NCBI GenBank assembly: GCA_014905635.1
Contig: JABVCE010000023.1
Span: 124,001-188,000 of the forward strand
Source: Scenedesmus sp. PABB004
Taxonomy: Eukaryota
Length of the DNA stretch: 64,000 nucleotides
Reading direction: 5' to 3'
The notes beneath the pieces are model-generated. The model was not told the DNA's origin. It saw nothing but the letters and a program-made list of their open reading frames with translations, and ran no database searches. The position numbers and the translations under genes are program-made. Below, piece after piece: positions 11,401 to 23,968 of this stretch (within the stretch, counting starts at the first letter, position 1; every line of letters starts with the position of its first letter).

Positions 11401-13480
11401 CTCAGGCACGGCGCCCTCCACCTGCGGGCGTGCGCGGCGCGCCGCGGCTCAGCGCGCGCGGCACGCGGCCCCGGCGCCGCCGGCGGCGTGGGGCGCGCCG
11501 CAGCTGGGCGCCCCGGCGGCGCCGCACGCACGTCGCTGTCGTTCCCCGGGAAGTGCGTCCAGCGCCCGTCCGCGTCGTTGGCCCACTGGCCCTCGCCGGT
11601 GCGCGTGAGGATGCCGTCAAGAATCTTGGGCCCCTGGGCAAAGGTGAAGCCGGTGTTGTTCCCAAACAGCGCCTCCACCGCGACCGGCAGCGGCTGGCGC
11701 ACGAGCTCGACCGTGCGGAAGCCGGTGCGCTTGCGCAGCACGCTGCAGTCGCTGCGCGCCGCGACGGCGCCGCGCAGCGCGGCGGGCGCCGCGGCGGCGC
11801 CGCCGCCGACGCTGACGTCCAGGCCCAGCGACCCGCCGCCGAGGTCCAGGTCGACGCTGAGTCCCGCGCCCGCCGCGCCCGGCTGGCCGGCGGCGGTGGC
11901 CGCGCCCTCCCCGCAGTCCGCGCCGGCGGGCGCAAAGTCGAGCGTCACGTCGTACAGCTTGTGCGGCCCGTAGTCGCCGCCCGCGGGCCACCAAAGCGTC
12001 ACGTCGCCCGCGGGCGCAAAGAGCTCTGCGCTCGCCTCAAACAGGTCGGCCTCGTTGTCGGGGCTCGCGCCAAACTCGACCTCCTGCTCGCTGACCAGCC
12101 CGAGCTCGGGCAGCGCGACCGTGAGCGCGCCCTCGCCGCCGGAGCCGGGGACGAGGAACTGCGCGGTGACCTTGAGGTTGAAGCCGCCGGGCGCGGGGGC
12201 CTGCGCGACGTACGCACCTGCGCGGCCGCGGCGCGGCGGCGCGGCGGTGGGCCGGCTGCCGCGGCGCGCTCCGCGCTGCGCGCACGGGCGCGATTGGCGC
12301 GCGCCGCCGCGCACCCGCGAGCGTTGGCTTGCTGAAGGCAATGAGCTTGACCGTCCCGTGGATGCCCGACGCGGCAAAGGCCGGCCCCCTGTGCGCGCAG
12401 GGCAAGGTGCGCACGAGCGTCAGCAGCGCGCGGCGGCGGGCCCCCTCTGACGCGCCTGCGCCCGCGCCGCGCCCGCGCCCGCGCGGCGCACCAGTCCCAG
12501 CCAAAGTCGAACGCCGGCTTGCGCACAAAGTTGTAGGCGCCGATGGAGCCGGTGTTCTGCGCCCGGGCGGCCCGCGCGGCCCGCCGCGTGAGCGCGCGCC
12601 GCGGCTGCCCTGGGTCCCCGCCTCGGCCCGTCCGCAGCCCCCCTGTCAGTCAAGCGCCCCCTCCTCCTCATCCCCAATCGAGCCCGCTCAAGCCGCGCAC
12701 GCTCACGTAGAGGGTGGGGATGTAGTAGTCGTGCGCCGCCTGGTACTCGAGGGACTTGTTGTAGGCGGGCTGGATGGTGATGGCGAGCGTGTTGGGCCGC
12801 GACGTCGACAGCAGGCCCTTGACCGGCACCGTCCAGTGCCTGCGCGGCGGCGCCGGCGCGCGCGCGGGGGCTGGTGGGCACGGGGCCAGGGCCGGGAGCG
12901 GGAGCGGCGGCAGCGGCGGTGGGCGGCGGCGCGCCTGTGGAAGTTGTTGGTCTCGAGCACGGGCTGGCCGTTGATCGTGACGTCTGCGATCGTGTCCACG
13001 CCACCCAGGAAGAGCACCACCTGCTCCTGCGCCGCCAGGGCGGCCGCCTCGGCGGCCGAGATCTCGACGGCAAAGCGCCACACCTCGTACGCGACCCAGC
13101 GGCTGTCCTGCTCGCCGTAGCTGCGGCGCGCGCGGCGGTTGCGGGCGGTTGGGCGCCGCGGCGCCGCGCGGGGCCCGGCAGCGGCCCCACGCAGCGGGCC
13201 CCTTGCGTCCGAGACAGGGGCAGGGCCGCCGGCGGCGTGGCGGCGCGGCGGTTGGCGGCCACGCTCGGCGGGCGGCGCACCGGTAGAGCGGGTCGCCGAT
13301 CAGCCCGTTGGCGCGCAGCACCTCCAGCGGGTAGGCCGGGAGCGTGGTGGTGAGGCTGACGGAGCCGTTGCCATTGGTCAGGCGCCACTCCCGGCCGTCC
13401 AGGGGCAGCACGGCCTCGCCTGCTGCCAACGCGAGCAGCAGCGCGCCGACCAGCGCGCCCAGCGCGCTGCGCGAGGCCAT
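8418..13480 (-). CDS. MANBA: Secreted/vacuolar GH2 beta-mannosidase
   Basis: Signal peptide [21 protein letters not shown]; motifs [62 protein letters not shown] (acid/base Glu), FVTEFGWQS (nucleophile Glu), [16 protein letters not shown]. About 14 introns. Confidence 0.95.
9352..9395. repeat. Intronic 18-bp direct repeat (~2.4 copies)
   Basis: gcgttattgagcgcgtgg / gcgttattgagcgagtgg / gcgttgag inside a beta-mannosidase intron. Confidence 0.8.
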
Positions 13481-13920
13481 GGCGGGCAAAAACAGCGCCA
13501 CGAAGCTGAATCCGCCACCCGAGCGGTGTGTGCGCGCCGGGGCGCGGCGGGCGAGGGGCTGGCTCCGGGTGGTTGGCTGGCGCGTGGCTCCCCCCGCTGC
13601 TGGCGGCGTCGCGGCGAACGCGCAGACCCGGCGATCGCGCGATCCGATGGGCGGCCGCGCACGAGGGGCCGGGCAGGTCGCTGGGGCGCAGCGCGGCGGC
13701 GCTACGATGACCGAGCCCCGGCGGCCAGAACCGCTCGTCTCGGCGCCCCCACACAACGCCGGACCGAGCAATGAAGCAAGCAACGATCCGTGCGCACAGC
13801 CGCTGCTCGCGGGCGCGCCGCCACACCCGCAGCCGCCCGCGCGCCCGGCGCCGTAGTGCCGCCGGCGCCATAGTGCCGCCGGCGCCCGCGCCGCCGCGAG
13901 TGCGTGTTGCGAGTGACCAA

Positions 13921-14743
13921 TCACCCCACGCCCCGCTGCAGCTCCTGCTCCCGCTCCGATACGACGTGCAGCAGCGCCGCGTGGCGCAGGGAGAGCAAGT
14001 GCAGCTCCTCGGCGGCGCCCGCGAGCTGCGCGGTCGCGAGCTCGGCCGCGACCTCCGCCGCAAGCAGCGCCTCGCGCAGCGCCACGCAGCCGGCGCAGCC
14101 GGCCGCCCCGTCGCCGCCGCCGCCGCCGCGCCCGCCGCCGTTGCTGTCAGGCGCGGGCGCGAGGCGGCGGCAGAACGCGGCCTCGACCTCCAGCTGCCAG
14201 CTGCTCGCGCAGCCGTCGCTGCCGCCGTCGCTGCCGCCATCGTCGCTGCTGCTGCTGCTGCTGCTGCTGGCGCCGGCGGAGCAGGCCAGCAGCGCCTCGC
14301 AGTTCTCGCGCGCCGCGGCGGCGTCGCCGAGCAGGGCCGCCACGTCCGCGGACGCGCACAGGCTGCTGGCGGCGGTGCTGCTGCCGGCGCGCAGCAGGGA
14401 CGCGGGCGCGGTGGTGGTGGGGCTGAGCAGCAGCGCGGCCGCCCGCGCCGCCGCGGGCGGCGGTGTCGCCACGCGCAGCGGCGGCAGCAGTGGCTCGGCC
14501 GCGGGCAGCTCCGGCGCCGCGCGCGCGTGGCGGCAGGGCGGCGCCGCGGCCGCGCGCTGCAGGCCCCACAGCTGCTGTTGCAGCGCAGAGCGCGCGGCCC
14601 GCTCCTGCCGCAGCTCCTGCGGGCGTGCGCGCGCTGTGGCCGCGGACGCGGCGGCGGGCGCGGACGGGCCGGCCGCGGACAGGGCAGCGCACCTGGTGCA
14701 GCAGCGCCACCAGCGGCGCCTCCGCGGCGGCGCGGCCGTCCAT
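13921..14743 (-). CDS. Hypothetical coiled-coil protein
   Basis: ATG 14743; exon 14743-14693 (MDGRAAAEAPLVALLHQ), GT-AG intron, exon 14616-13921 in frame (ELRQERAARSALQQQLW...LLHVVSEREQELQRGVG*). Confidence 0.65.
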
Positions 14744-14958
14744 TTTGCGCGGCGCGGGCGAGCGCTCGCGCGGCGGGCTGCGTCGTGTGGGGCGCGTGGC
14801 CGTGTGGGTCGGGGCCTGAGGTCGAGAGACCCTTGCGTTGTGCATGCGGCGGGCTAGCTCGAGAACCCTCGCCGGGCGGCGCTGACGACAACGCCCGGCG
14901 CGGCGCCGTCGCCGCCAGAGCAGCACTGCGCGCTCCGCGCCCGCCAGCAGTCGCTCCG

Positions 14959-17022
14959 ATGTCGACGCTCGACGACCTGCCCGGCCCCGCGCTGCGCCGG
15001 GTGCTGCTGGCGCTCGATTCCGCCGACCTGGCAGCGGCGCGACTGGCCGGCCGCGCCCTGCGCTCTGCGTCCGTCAGCTGCGTGCGCTCCTGTTGCCCTA
15101 AGGGAGCTGAAGCCCTCGTCTACGTGGCCAGGGAGCTGGGCGGCGGCATCGAGGAGGTCGAGCTCAGGCGCGCCAACCAACGCCGCCGCGCCGCCACGCC
15201 GCCCTCTGCGCGCCCCGCCAAGCCTCACCAGCCGCCGCCGCCGCCGCGCAGCTACGTGCGCGACATCTCTCCCGACCAGGCCCTGGCGCTGGCGGGCCTG
15301 CGGCGCCTGCGGCGCCTGCGCCTCGCCGACGCGGCGTGCTGGGCGGCGGCGCGCGCGCCGCTGCTGGCGGCGCTGCCGCGCGCCTGCACCGAGCTGTCGG
15401 CCCTGGAGCTGCACGGCGCCACCGACGAGCTCGCGGCCGCGGCGGCGGCGCTGACCTCGCTGCGCGCCCTCGCGCTGTCGGGGCGCGTCAGCGATTTCGG
15501 CATCCTGCGCCTGGGCGGCCTGCCGCTGCTGCGGCGCCTGTCCATCGCCTGCGCCGACGCCGTCACCGACGCGGGCGTCGCCGAGCTGCTGGCGCGGCTC
15601 CCGCGCGTCGAGAGCCTGCAGCTCCACAGCGTGCTGCAGCTCGGCGACGCCGCGCTGGCGACGATCGGCGCCGCGACGACGCTGACGGCGCTGTCGCTGA
15701 GCCACTCGTGCGAGGACGCGAGCGGCGAGGGCCTGCTGCAGCTCTCCGGCCTGCGCTCCCTGCGCGCTCTCAACCTGAGCGCAGTGTCCGAGGGCGGCGA
15801 CAGCGCAGCGCTGGCGCGCCTCGTTGCGTCGCTCAGCAGCAGCAGCCACCTCACGACCCTCGACTTGAGCTTCTGCGAGATCAGCCCCGCCGTGCTGCGC
15901 GCCGTGGCGGGCGTGCCGGGGCTGCGCGAGCTCAAGCTGAGCGGCTGCAGCCCCGGCACGCTGCACGGCCTCGCCGCGCTCACGCGCCTCGGCGGCTGCC
16001 TGGAGCGCCTCGCGCTGCGCTGGACGTCGCGGCTCCGCGACGCGCACGTGTCGTCGCTGCTGCCCGCCCTGGGCCGGCTCACCGCGCTGGACCTCAGCTA
16101 CAGCCGCCAGCTCGGCGCGGCGGGCCTCGCCGCGCTGGCGTGGGTCACGCAGCTGCAGTCGCTCAACCTCATGGCTGCGGTGCCCCCCGGCGCTGAGCTG
16201 GCGTTCCTGCCCGCCCTCGTCCAGCTCACGGGCCTCACGGTGAGCCCGCGGGGGCGCCCCCGCGGCGGTGGCAGCGGCGGCACCCCTCCCCTGCCACGCG
16301 CGCGCGGCACCCCGCGGCGGCGCAGACGCGCGCCCGACGCCGCATCACCCACCGCACCGCAGGTGTCGCTGCTGCCGCGGACGTGCACGTCGTGGGCCCA
16401 CATCGGCTGCCTGACCGCGCTGCGCGCGCTGGCGTTGCGGCGCTGCACGATCACGGCCGCGGCAGACGACGGCGGCAGCGGCAGCGCCAGCGGGAGTGGC
16501 GGCAGCAGCGACGGCAGCGGCGACGGCAGCGGCGACGGCAGCGGCGCCGTTGACTGCAGCGAGCCACAGCCCGTGCTCGCGGGGCCCGCCGCGTTGAGCG
16601 CGCTGCGGCAGTTGACCGCGCTGGACTGCAGCAACAGCTTCCTGGACGCGGCGGGCCTGGCCCTGCTGGCGCGCCTGCCCGCCATGCGGGAGCTCTGCCT
16701 CGCGCGCTGCCACGGCGTGACGAGCGGGGCGCTCGCCGCGCTCGGCGGCTGCACGTCGCTGCGCCGGCTCGACCTTCGCCTGCGCGGCGCGGGGTGCGCG
16801 CCGCAGGAGCCGCGGCACAGCGCTCCCGACCCGTGGAGCCCGCGCAGCCTGCTGGCGCTGCTGGACGCGCTGCCGGGGCTGTCGGTGGTGCTCGTGAGCG
16901 AGGCGCCGGCCGGCCTGCCGGAGCGCGCGGCGGCGCGCGTGCTGGCGGCGTCGACCGAGGCGGTGCCGCTGCCGGTCGCGCGGGACGGCGGCGAGCGGCT
17001 GGGGCCGCCGCGCCTGTTCTGA
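14959..17022 (+). CDS. F-box-like / RNI-type leucine-rich-repeat protein
   Basis: MSTLDDLPGPALRRVLLALDSADLAAARLAGRALR is F-box-like; repeats LRRLSIAC, LTTLDLSFC, LRELKLSGC, LTALDLSYS. Probable in-frame introns 15168-15251 and 16240-16362. Confidence 0.85.
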   Translation: MSTLDDLPGPALRRVLLALDSADLAAARLAGRALRSASVSCVRSCCPKGAEALVYVARELGGGIEEVELRRANQRRRAATPPSARPAKPHQPPPPPRSYVRDISPDQALALAGLRRLRRLRLADAACWAAARAPLLAALPRACTELSALELHGATDELAAAAAALTSLRALALSGRVSDFGILRLGGLPLLRRLSIACADAVTDAGVAELLARLPRVESLQLHSVLQLGDAALATIGAATTLTALSLSHSCEDASGEGLLQLSGLRSLRALNLSAVSEGGDSAALARLVASLSSSSHLTTLDLSFCEISPAVLRAVAGVPGLRELKLSGCSPGTLHGLAALTRLGGCLERLALRWTSRLRDAHVSSLLPALGRLTALDLSYSRQLGAAGLAALAWVTQLQSLNLMAAVPPGAELAFLPALVQLTGLTVSPRGRPRGGGSGGTPPLPRARGTPRRRRRAPDAASPTAPQVSLLPRTCTSWAHIGCLTALRALALRRCTITAAADDGGSGSASGSGGSSDGSGDGSGDGSGAVDCSEPQPVLAGPAALSALRQLTALDCSNSFLDAAGLALLARLPAMRELCLARCHGVTSGALAALGGCTSLRRLDLRLRGAGCAPQEPRHSAPDPWSPRSLLALLDALPGLSVVLVSEAPAGLPERAAARVLAASTEAVPLPVARDGGERLGPPRLF

Positions 17023-17221
17023 GCCCGAGTCGGGCGGGCGGGCGCCGCGGCGGCGCGCTGTACAACGAAACAACAGATTCATTGCACTGGTGATCCCGCG
17101 GTGGCCAATGCGGCCCACGCGCGCGTGTGACGCCCCCCGCCCTGGCATCGATGCCTCCCTCCCTCGCCTCGCCGCATGCGCGCGCACGCGGCGCGCGACA
17201 GCCAGCTGCTGCCGCGCCGCC

Positions 17222-17557
17222 TCACGCCTTGCCCAGCTGCGCCTTCTTGTATGCCTTGAGAACTTCCAGCGGGCTGCGGCTGCTGCTGCTGCCCAGCCCC
17301 GCGCCGCCGGCGCCCGCGGCGCCGCTGGGCCGCGCGCCGCGCGCGCCGCCGCTGCTGCTGCTGCCCGCTGGCCCCGCGTCGCGGCCGCCGCGCGACTTCC
17401 ACAGCAGCCAGCCCCAGAACGCGAACGCGGCACAGTGAACCGCGATGAGCACGACGACGAGGCCCTCAAACTGGTGCCACGGGTCCTTGCTGCTGTGCGC
17501 CGCCGCTTGCGAGGGCGCGCCGAGGCCCTGCGGCAGCGTGACCGTCTGCTTCACCAT
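17222..17557 (-). CDS. Small single-pass membrane protein (111 aa)
   Basis: ATG 17557; coding-like composition; TM GLVVVLIAVHCAAFAFWGWLLW with an intramembrane His; basic C-terminus. Confidence 0.7.
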   Translation of the reverse strand: MVKQTVTLPQGLGAPSQAAAHSSKDPWHQFEGLVVVLIAVHCAAFAFWGWLLWKSRGGRDAGPAGSSSSGGARGARPSGAAGAGGAGLGSSSSRSPLEVLKAYKKAQLGKA

Positions 17558-18474
17558 GCCCGCCTGCGGCCCGTCACGCCCGCGAGACCCCGCCGCCCCG
17601 CGGCGCCCCGGCCGCCGAGCGCAGCCCCTGCGGCGCGCGCGCGGCCGGGGCACGGCGGCGGGCGGGCGTGAGAGGTGACTGGGTGCGGCGAGGGTGGGGC
17701 CAGCAGGGGGGCCCGCCGCCGCTGTCGGCGGCGCGGCCGCGTCGCGCGAGCAGCGGCGGCGGCGCGCGGCGCCGGGCGGGGCCCACCGGTGTGCCCGCAC
17801 GCGCCTCCGGCACGCCAGCGATGGATTGCGGGCGCTGCTGGGCGTTTTCAGGAGCCGCGCAGAGCGAAACCGGGCTGCTGCTGCTCTTCCTGCGTCTGCT
17901 GTGCGTCGCGCCTGGGCGTGGGGCGTGGCTCACGGTCTGGCAGACGGGACTACTAGCATGATGGGACTGGCCACGACGAAGGGGCAGCACGGAGCGCGAG
18001 CAGTCGCGGGTTCGGGCGCGCGCGCCCTGACCCGTGTCGCAGCAGCTCCGGCCGCCTGGCCAACGCTCTGCCTATCGCCTCCAACACCTCACGCCTCGCT
18101 GGCGCAGGCCCAGGGGCGCTGGCCGGCAAGCTGGTTGCGGCGGCGGCGCCTACGGCCGCGCCCGCGCCTCTCGGGGCCCTGCGAGCCTCGACGCCGGGCC
18201 CAGCAGCTCGCGAGCCCTCGCCGCTCGCTCCCTGCGGACTCGCCCGGCGCCGGCGGCGCGGCGCGCGGCGCGGCGCGGAGCAGCGGCGGCGCAGAGCGCT
18301 GGCGGCGGCGGGCTGGCGCCGGCGCGCGCGCGCATGCCGCGGCGCGGGCGCGCGTGAGGCCCCGCCGGCCGGCCCCTGACCGCGCCGCGGCGCGGCCGCC
18401 GGGGCGTCGGCGGCCGCCGCAGCGCGCGCGGCGCGCGCGGCGCAGCGGCAGCGGTGCCGACTGCTGCAAGCGGG

Positions 18475-21400
18475 ATGGCCCGCGACACGACGATACGCAC
18501 GAGCATCCGCATCCGGCCATGCAGCGAGGCGGAGCGGGCGGCCTACCCCGGGCCGCCGCTGGTGGTGGCGGCGCCGCCCGGGGAGGTGCGCCTCTACGCC
18601 AAGCCGCCCCCGGCCAGGCGGCCGGCGACGCCCACGGCAGCGGCGGCGGCCGAGCAGCAGCCGCTCGGGACGGCCTTCCAGTCGTACGCCTTTGGTGAGT
18701 GCGGCACGGCGGCGATTGCGGCAGCGCGGCCCCAGCGGCGTGCCCGCGCCCGGCTGGCAGCTCACCGCGCCGCGCCGCGCGCCGCAGCGCACGTGTTTGG
18801 CCCGGAGGCGGACAATGACACAGTCTTCAGCGGCTCTGGCTGCCGCAGCATCGTGGACTCGGTGCTGGGCGGCTGCAACGGTGCGCGCGGACGCAGCTGG
18901 CAGCAGCGCCAGAGGCGACCGAGGCGCCGGCCGGGCCGCCCACCGCCGCCCGCGGCGCCGCCCTCCGCGCCCCGCGCGCGCGCGCAGGCACCATTCTCGT
19001 CTACGGCCAGACCGGCGCGGGCAAGACGCACACGATGGACGCGTGCGCGGCGCTTGTGCTGGCGCAGCTCTTTGCCGCGGCGGCGCGCGACGAGCCCGGC
19101 GCGGCGCAGGTGAGCATCAGCGTCAGCGCGGTGGAGCTGTACAATGAGGTCCTGCGCTGCCTGCTGAGCGGGCGCGAGAACCTCACGCTCCGCGTGGGCC
19201 CCGCGCCCGGCGGCGGCGCGAGCGGCGTCGTGCTGGAGGGCGCCGACGAGCGGGTGCGGGCGCGCGGCGGGCGCGCGGCGGGCGCGCGGCGGGCGCATGG
19301 CGGGCGGCCGCCGCAGCCGCGGGCGCCCGCGCCCGGCGCCGCCCGTGCCGTCACGCGCGCGCGCACGCCCTGCGCGCGCGCCGCGCAGCCCTGTGGCACG
19401 CTCGAGGAGGCGGCCGCGCTGGTGGCGGCCGCCAAGGCCGGCCGCGCGGTGGGCGAGACCCGGGCCAACGCTCGTAGCAGCCGCAGCCACCTCATCGTAC
19501 GCATAAAGGTTGAGGCCCTCACCCTGCCGAGCGGCGGCGCCGGCGCCGGCGGCGGTGGCTCCCCCAGCGTCACCTTCTCGCTGGTGCGCGGCGCGGCGCG
19601 GCCGGCGCGCGCGCATGCTGCCTGCCGCCCGCCGCCGCCTCACGTGCCGCCGCCGCCGCGGCCAGCTGAACTTGGTCGACCTGGCCGGCAGCGAGCGCGT
19701 CGACAAGTCGGGCAGCGCCGACAGCCCGCTGCGGCTGCGAGAGGCTTTGAACATCAACAAGTCCCTGCTCTGCCTCGGCAACGTGGTCACCGCGCTCGCG
19801 GCGCGCGGCGAGGGAGGCGGCCGCGGGCGCAGCGGGCACGTGCCATACCGCGACAGCAAGCTCACGCGCCTGCTGGAGGACAGCCTCGGCGGCAACGCTG
19901 CGACCGCGCTGCTCGCGTGCGTCACGCCGCTGCCCGACTGGCACCTGGAGCAGAGCCGCGCGACGCTGGAGTTTGCGGCGCGCGCGGCGCGCGTGGTGTG
20001 CAGCCCGCAGCGCAACGTGCTCGCGCTCGCGCCCAGCCCCGCGGCGGCCGACAGCGCGGCGGCGCTGATCGCGGCGCTGCAGGCCGAGGTGGCGGCGCTC
20101 AAGGCGGCGCTCGCCGCCCAGGCGGCGGAGCTGGCGGCGGCGCCGCCGCCGCCGCCGCGGGCGATGCAGAGCGGGCCTTGGGACACCTGCAGCAGCAGCG
20201 GCAGCGCCGCGATGGCCGAGGCGGCGGAGGCGGCCGCGGCGGCCGCCGCGGCAGAGGCCGCCGGCGCGGCGCCGGGCGCCGCGCTCGGCGCGCACGTGCG
20301 CTCGCGCTGGGCGAGCCGGCTGCGGCTGTCGGGCAGCGGCGCGCGCGGCGGCGGCGCCGACGCGGCGCCGGGGCGCTCGGGCGAGGCCTCGCCGGCCAGC
20401 AGCGCCGGCGGGCACGGCCGCAGCGCGTCGGCGATCGGACACGGGTCGCTTCTCTGGAAGTTTTTCCACTCGCGCAGCTCCTCCATCTCCAGCGACCGCC
20501 TGCCCAGCGGCGACGAGCTGGGCGTCCTGCCGAGCCGCGCCGGCGCCGGCGCGGGGCACGGCAGCCTGCGCTCGGCGGGGCTGCTCATGCTCGCCGCGGG
20601 CCGGCCCGCGCCGAGCGGCGGCGGGCACAGCTGCGACGGCAGCGGCGGCGGCGGCAGCCCGCGCAGCCTGTCGCGCTGGGCGACCATGGGTGGCACCTCC
20701 CGGCGCGCCGCCAACGGCGGCAGCGAGGGGGGCCTGGCCTGCGGCTCCGGCGCCGCCGCGCTGCTGAGCGGCGCGTCGGCCGCCGGCGCGGGCGCGAGCA
20801 GCGGCGGCGGCGGCGTGGGGCTGGGCGGCGACCCCGCGTCGGTCGTGGCGGGGCAGCTGGCGGCCGCAGAGGCGGCGCTGGCGCTGCGGGACCACATCAT
20901 CAAGCAGCTGGTCACCGCGCTGCAGCAGAAGAAGGCCGAGGTGCGGGCGCTCAAGGAGGCGTATGCGGCGCTGCAGCGCCAGGCCGACGCGGCGCGGGGC
21001 GACGCGGGCGCGAGCCGCGAGAAGCTGCGCGAGCTGGCGGAGGGCGTGCAGGTGCGGCGGCGGCGGCGGCGGCTGCGGCGGCGGCGGCGGCGGCTGGGGC
21101 GGGGCGTGAGAGCTAGCGGGGCCGGCGCGACGGACGCCGCCTGACGCCCGGCCGCGGTGCTGCGCCACGCAGGCCCTGGCGGCCGCGCGCGAGGAGGAGT
21201 TTGAGCACTGGCGGGGCCACCTGGAGGGCGTGGAGGCGGCGCTGGCAACCGCGCAGCAGGAGGCCCTGACCTATAGGTGTGCACCGCGCGGGGGGGGGGG
21301 GGGCACACTCTCGTGGGCACGCCTGCGCACGGCGGTGCGGCGTGGGGGCATGCTGCGCGCGGCGCGCGCCGAGCAGCGCGCACCCGCTCGCGCGCGCCCT

Positions 21401-22045
21401 TGCTGAGCCGCACCGTGCCGTCGCGCTATGGGGGCGTTGCGCAGGACGGAGGCGCTCGCGCTGGTGCAGCAGCTCACGCACCTGCAGTCGCGCTACCGCA
21501 GCCTGCAGAGCAACCAGCTGCGGCACACGAGCCTCATCCACAGCGCCAGCACCAGCGCGCTGCTGCAGACCGGCTCCGAGGTCTCGGCGCTCCAGGGCGC
21601 CGCCGCGGCGGCGACCGGCGCGCAGCTCGCGAGCTGCCTGGCCAGCCTGCTTGGCATCGAAGAGTGCCTGCGGCAGCTGCTCGCGGCGGCGGCCGCACTG
21701 CTCACGCACAGCGGCGCGCCGGCGGCGCCCGCGCCGGCGCCGCCCGCGGCGGCGGCCGCCGGCGGTGGGGACGGCGCGGCAGAGAGGGCGCCCGCGCCGG
21801 CGGCGGCGGCGGCGGCCGGCGCGCAGCTGCCGCCGCCGCCGCCGCCGCCGCGGCCGGGCGGCGGCGAGATTGCCAGCCACGCCATCGACACGCTGAGCAC
21901 GCGCTACTCCATGAGCTCCGGCCTGCTCACGCGCGCGTCGGGGCTCAGCACGGGGGCCCCGCGCGGCAGCGGCACAATCGGGCTGCACGGCGCGCTGGAG
22001 CAGCTCGGCGCGCTGCTGCCCCTGCTGCGGCGCGCGGCGGCGGCC

Positions 22046-22079
<34 letters not shown>

Positions 22080-23529
22080 GGGGCCTCGCGCCGGCGCCGA
22101 GCGCCAAGGCCGGCCTGCGCACCAGCAAGCTCGGCCTGCGCGGCGAGGGCAGCGACGGCGCGCTGTGCACGATCCGCAGCTGCAGCAGCGGCGGCGGCAG
22201 CTGCGACGCCGACGACGGCGAGCGCATCCCGGCCTGCTACGTGCCTCCCGCCCAGGACGAGCCGCCGCCGCCGCAGCAGCAGCCCGGCGCGGAGCCGCCG
22301 CAGTGTGGCAAGTGCGAGTCAATGCGCCCGCTGATGGCGCTGATGCTCAAGGTGACCCGTGCGATGGTGGCCGGGGCTGGCCTGGGCTCGGCTGGGCGCT
22401 TGCCGCGCCGGCCTCCGGCGCTGGCGGCCGCGCGCTGCCGGGCCTGCCCCAGCTCACCGGCCCCGCCGCCGCCGCCGCCTGGCGCACAGCTCAAGGACGA
22501 GGTGGGGTCGCTCAAGGGCGCGCTCGCGGCCAAGGAGGGCCAGCTCGCTGACGCGGAGGCGGCGGCTGCGGGCGCGCGTGCTGACCTGGCAGAGTCGCGG
22601 CAGCAGGTGCGGGGTCGCGCGCGCGCGCGGGTCGCTCCTGCGCTTGCGAGGCCCGCTCCAGCGGCTCGAGCCCTGGGCGAGCCCCCGCTGCCCTGCCCGC
22701 CCCAGGTCGGCTGCCTGCGTGAGCGAGTGGGCCAGCTGGCGGAGGAGCTCGACGCGGCGCGCAGCGCGGCCGCGTCCGCGGCCGCGGCGGCCATCGCCGC
22801 CGCCGGCGCCGTGGTCGCGCCGCCGCCCGGCGCGGGCGGCACGGCCGCCACGGGCGGCAGCGCCGGCGGCGGCCGCGCCGGCGACGAGTCGCCGGGCGCG
22901 CAGCTGAGCCGCGAGGGCTCGCGCAGCGACTTGCCGCTCATGTCGGACGACGCGCCGCTGGACGTGCTGCATGCACAGATCCTCATCTCCTGGCAGGCCC
23001 TGGCCATGCCGCGCTCGCACCGCGCCGCGTTTGTGCTGGGCGCCGGCGCCCCCGGCGCCGGCGCCCCGGCGCCGGCGCTGGCGGCGGCACCAGCGGCGGC
23101 GCCGGCGCCGGCGCGCCGTGGACCGACCGGCGGCAGTGCCAGGCGCTCGTCGCGCTGTTGGCTTGCCTGCACGACCTGCACGAGCGGCAGCCGGACGTCG
23201 CGGCGACGCAGCGCGCCGTCCTGGCGGAGGAGGGCGCGCTGCTGGAGGCTGGACTGGCCCGCATGCCTGGCGACGAGTTCGCCGCGCTCTGCCAGGAGTG
23301 GGCGCTGCCGGCAGGCGCCGACGCGGCCGCGCAGCACGCCGCGCTGCTGGCGCGCATGTGGGCGCCCTGCGGCGTCGGCGGCGCGGGGCAGCTCGCGGCC
23401 GCGTCGGCGGCGGCGTGCCGGCAGTGCATGGCGGCCGCGCCGCCCGTCGCGCTCGCCTCGTTGACCATACGCAGCAACGCCGCGCTCATGGCTGCGACCA
23501 GCAACGCCCTGGCCGAGGCGGCGGCGTGA
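18475..23529 (+). CDS. Kinesin-like protein (N-terminal motor, coiled-coil/low-complexity tail)
   Basis: SIRIRP, VLGGCNG/TILVYGQTGAGKTHTM (P-loop), VELYNE, NARSSRSH (switch I), LNLVDLAGSER (switch II), INKSLLCLGNVV, HVPYRDSKLTRLLEDSLGG. About 8 introns; frame change near 23064. Confidence 0.93.
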
Positions 23530-23968
23530 GTGCTCAAGGCGGGCGGGCCGGGGGGCAGGCGCGGCGTGGCGGCGGCGCGAAGGGTGTCGGCGGACGGGGG
23601 CAGGTGAGCCACCGACTTGGCTTTTCGCTGGTGTGCGGGGGGGGGGGGGAGAGGGGCGGAGCGGCGCACGCTGCACACGGCGCCCACTGAACGGGCCCGT
23701 CGAGCGCGGCGCGTGCTGTGTGCTGCGTTCTTTGACCGCCCCTGTGGGCGCGTCTGGCGAATACCGCGCCCAATTGCACTGCCTCGCAAGCATCCCGGGG
23801 CCGCTCGCTCGGCTATACACTGTCCCCGGCCCAGACCCGCCCGCCCAGACGCTGCTAGCCCGCAGCCGCGCCTGCAAGGAGTGTGCACCGCCCGCCCCCA
23901 CGCAGGGCTCGCGCGACGCGCCCGCTGCGCCCGCCGCGCCCTGAAATTCAGCGCGGCTGCGCCCCGCG

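Noticed and set aside
15168..16362. Stopless, frame-preserving introns as regulated retention
   Set aside because: Expected by chance given lengths divisible by three and rare stops; no evidence without RNA data.
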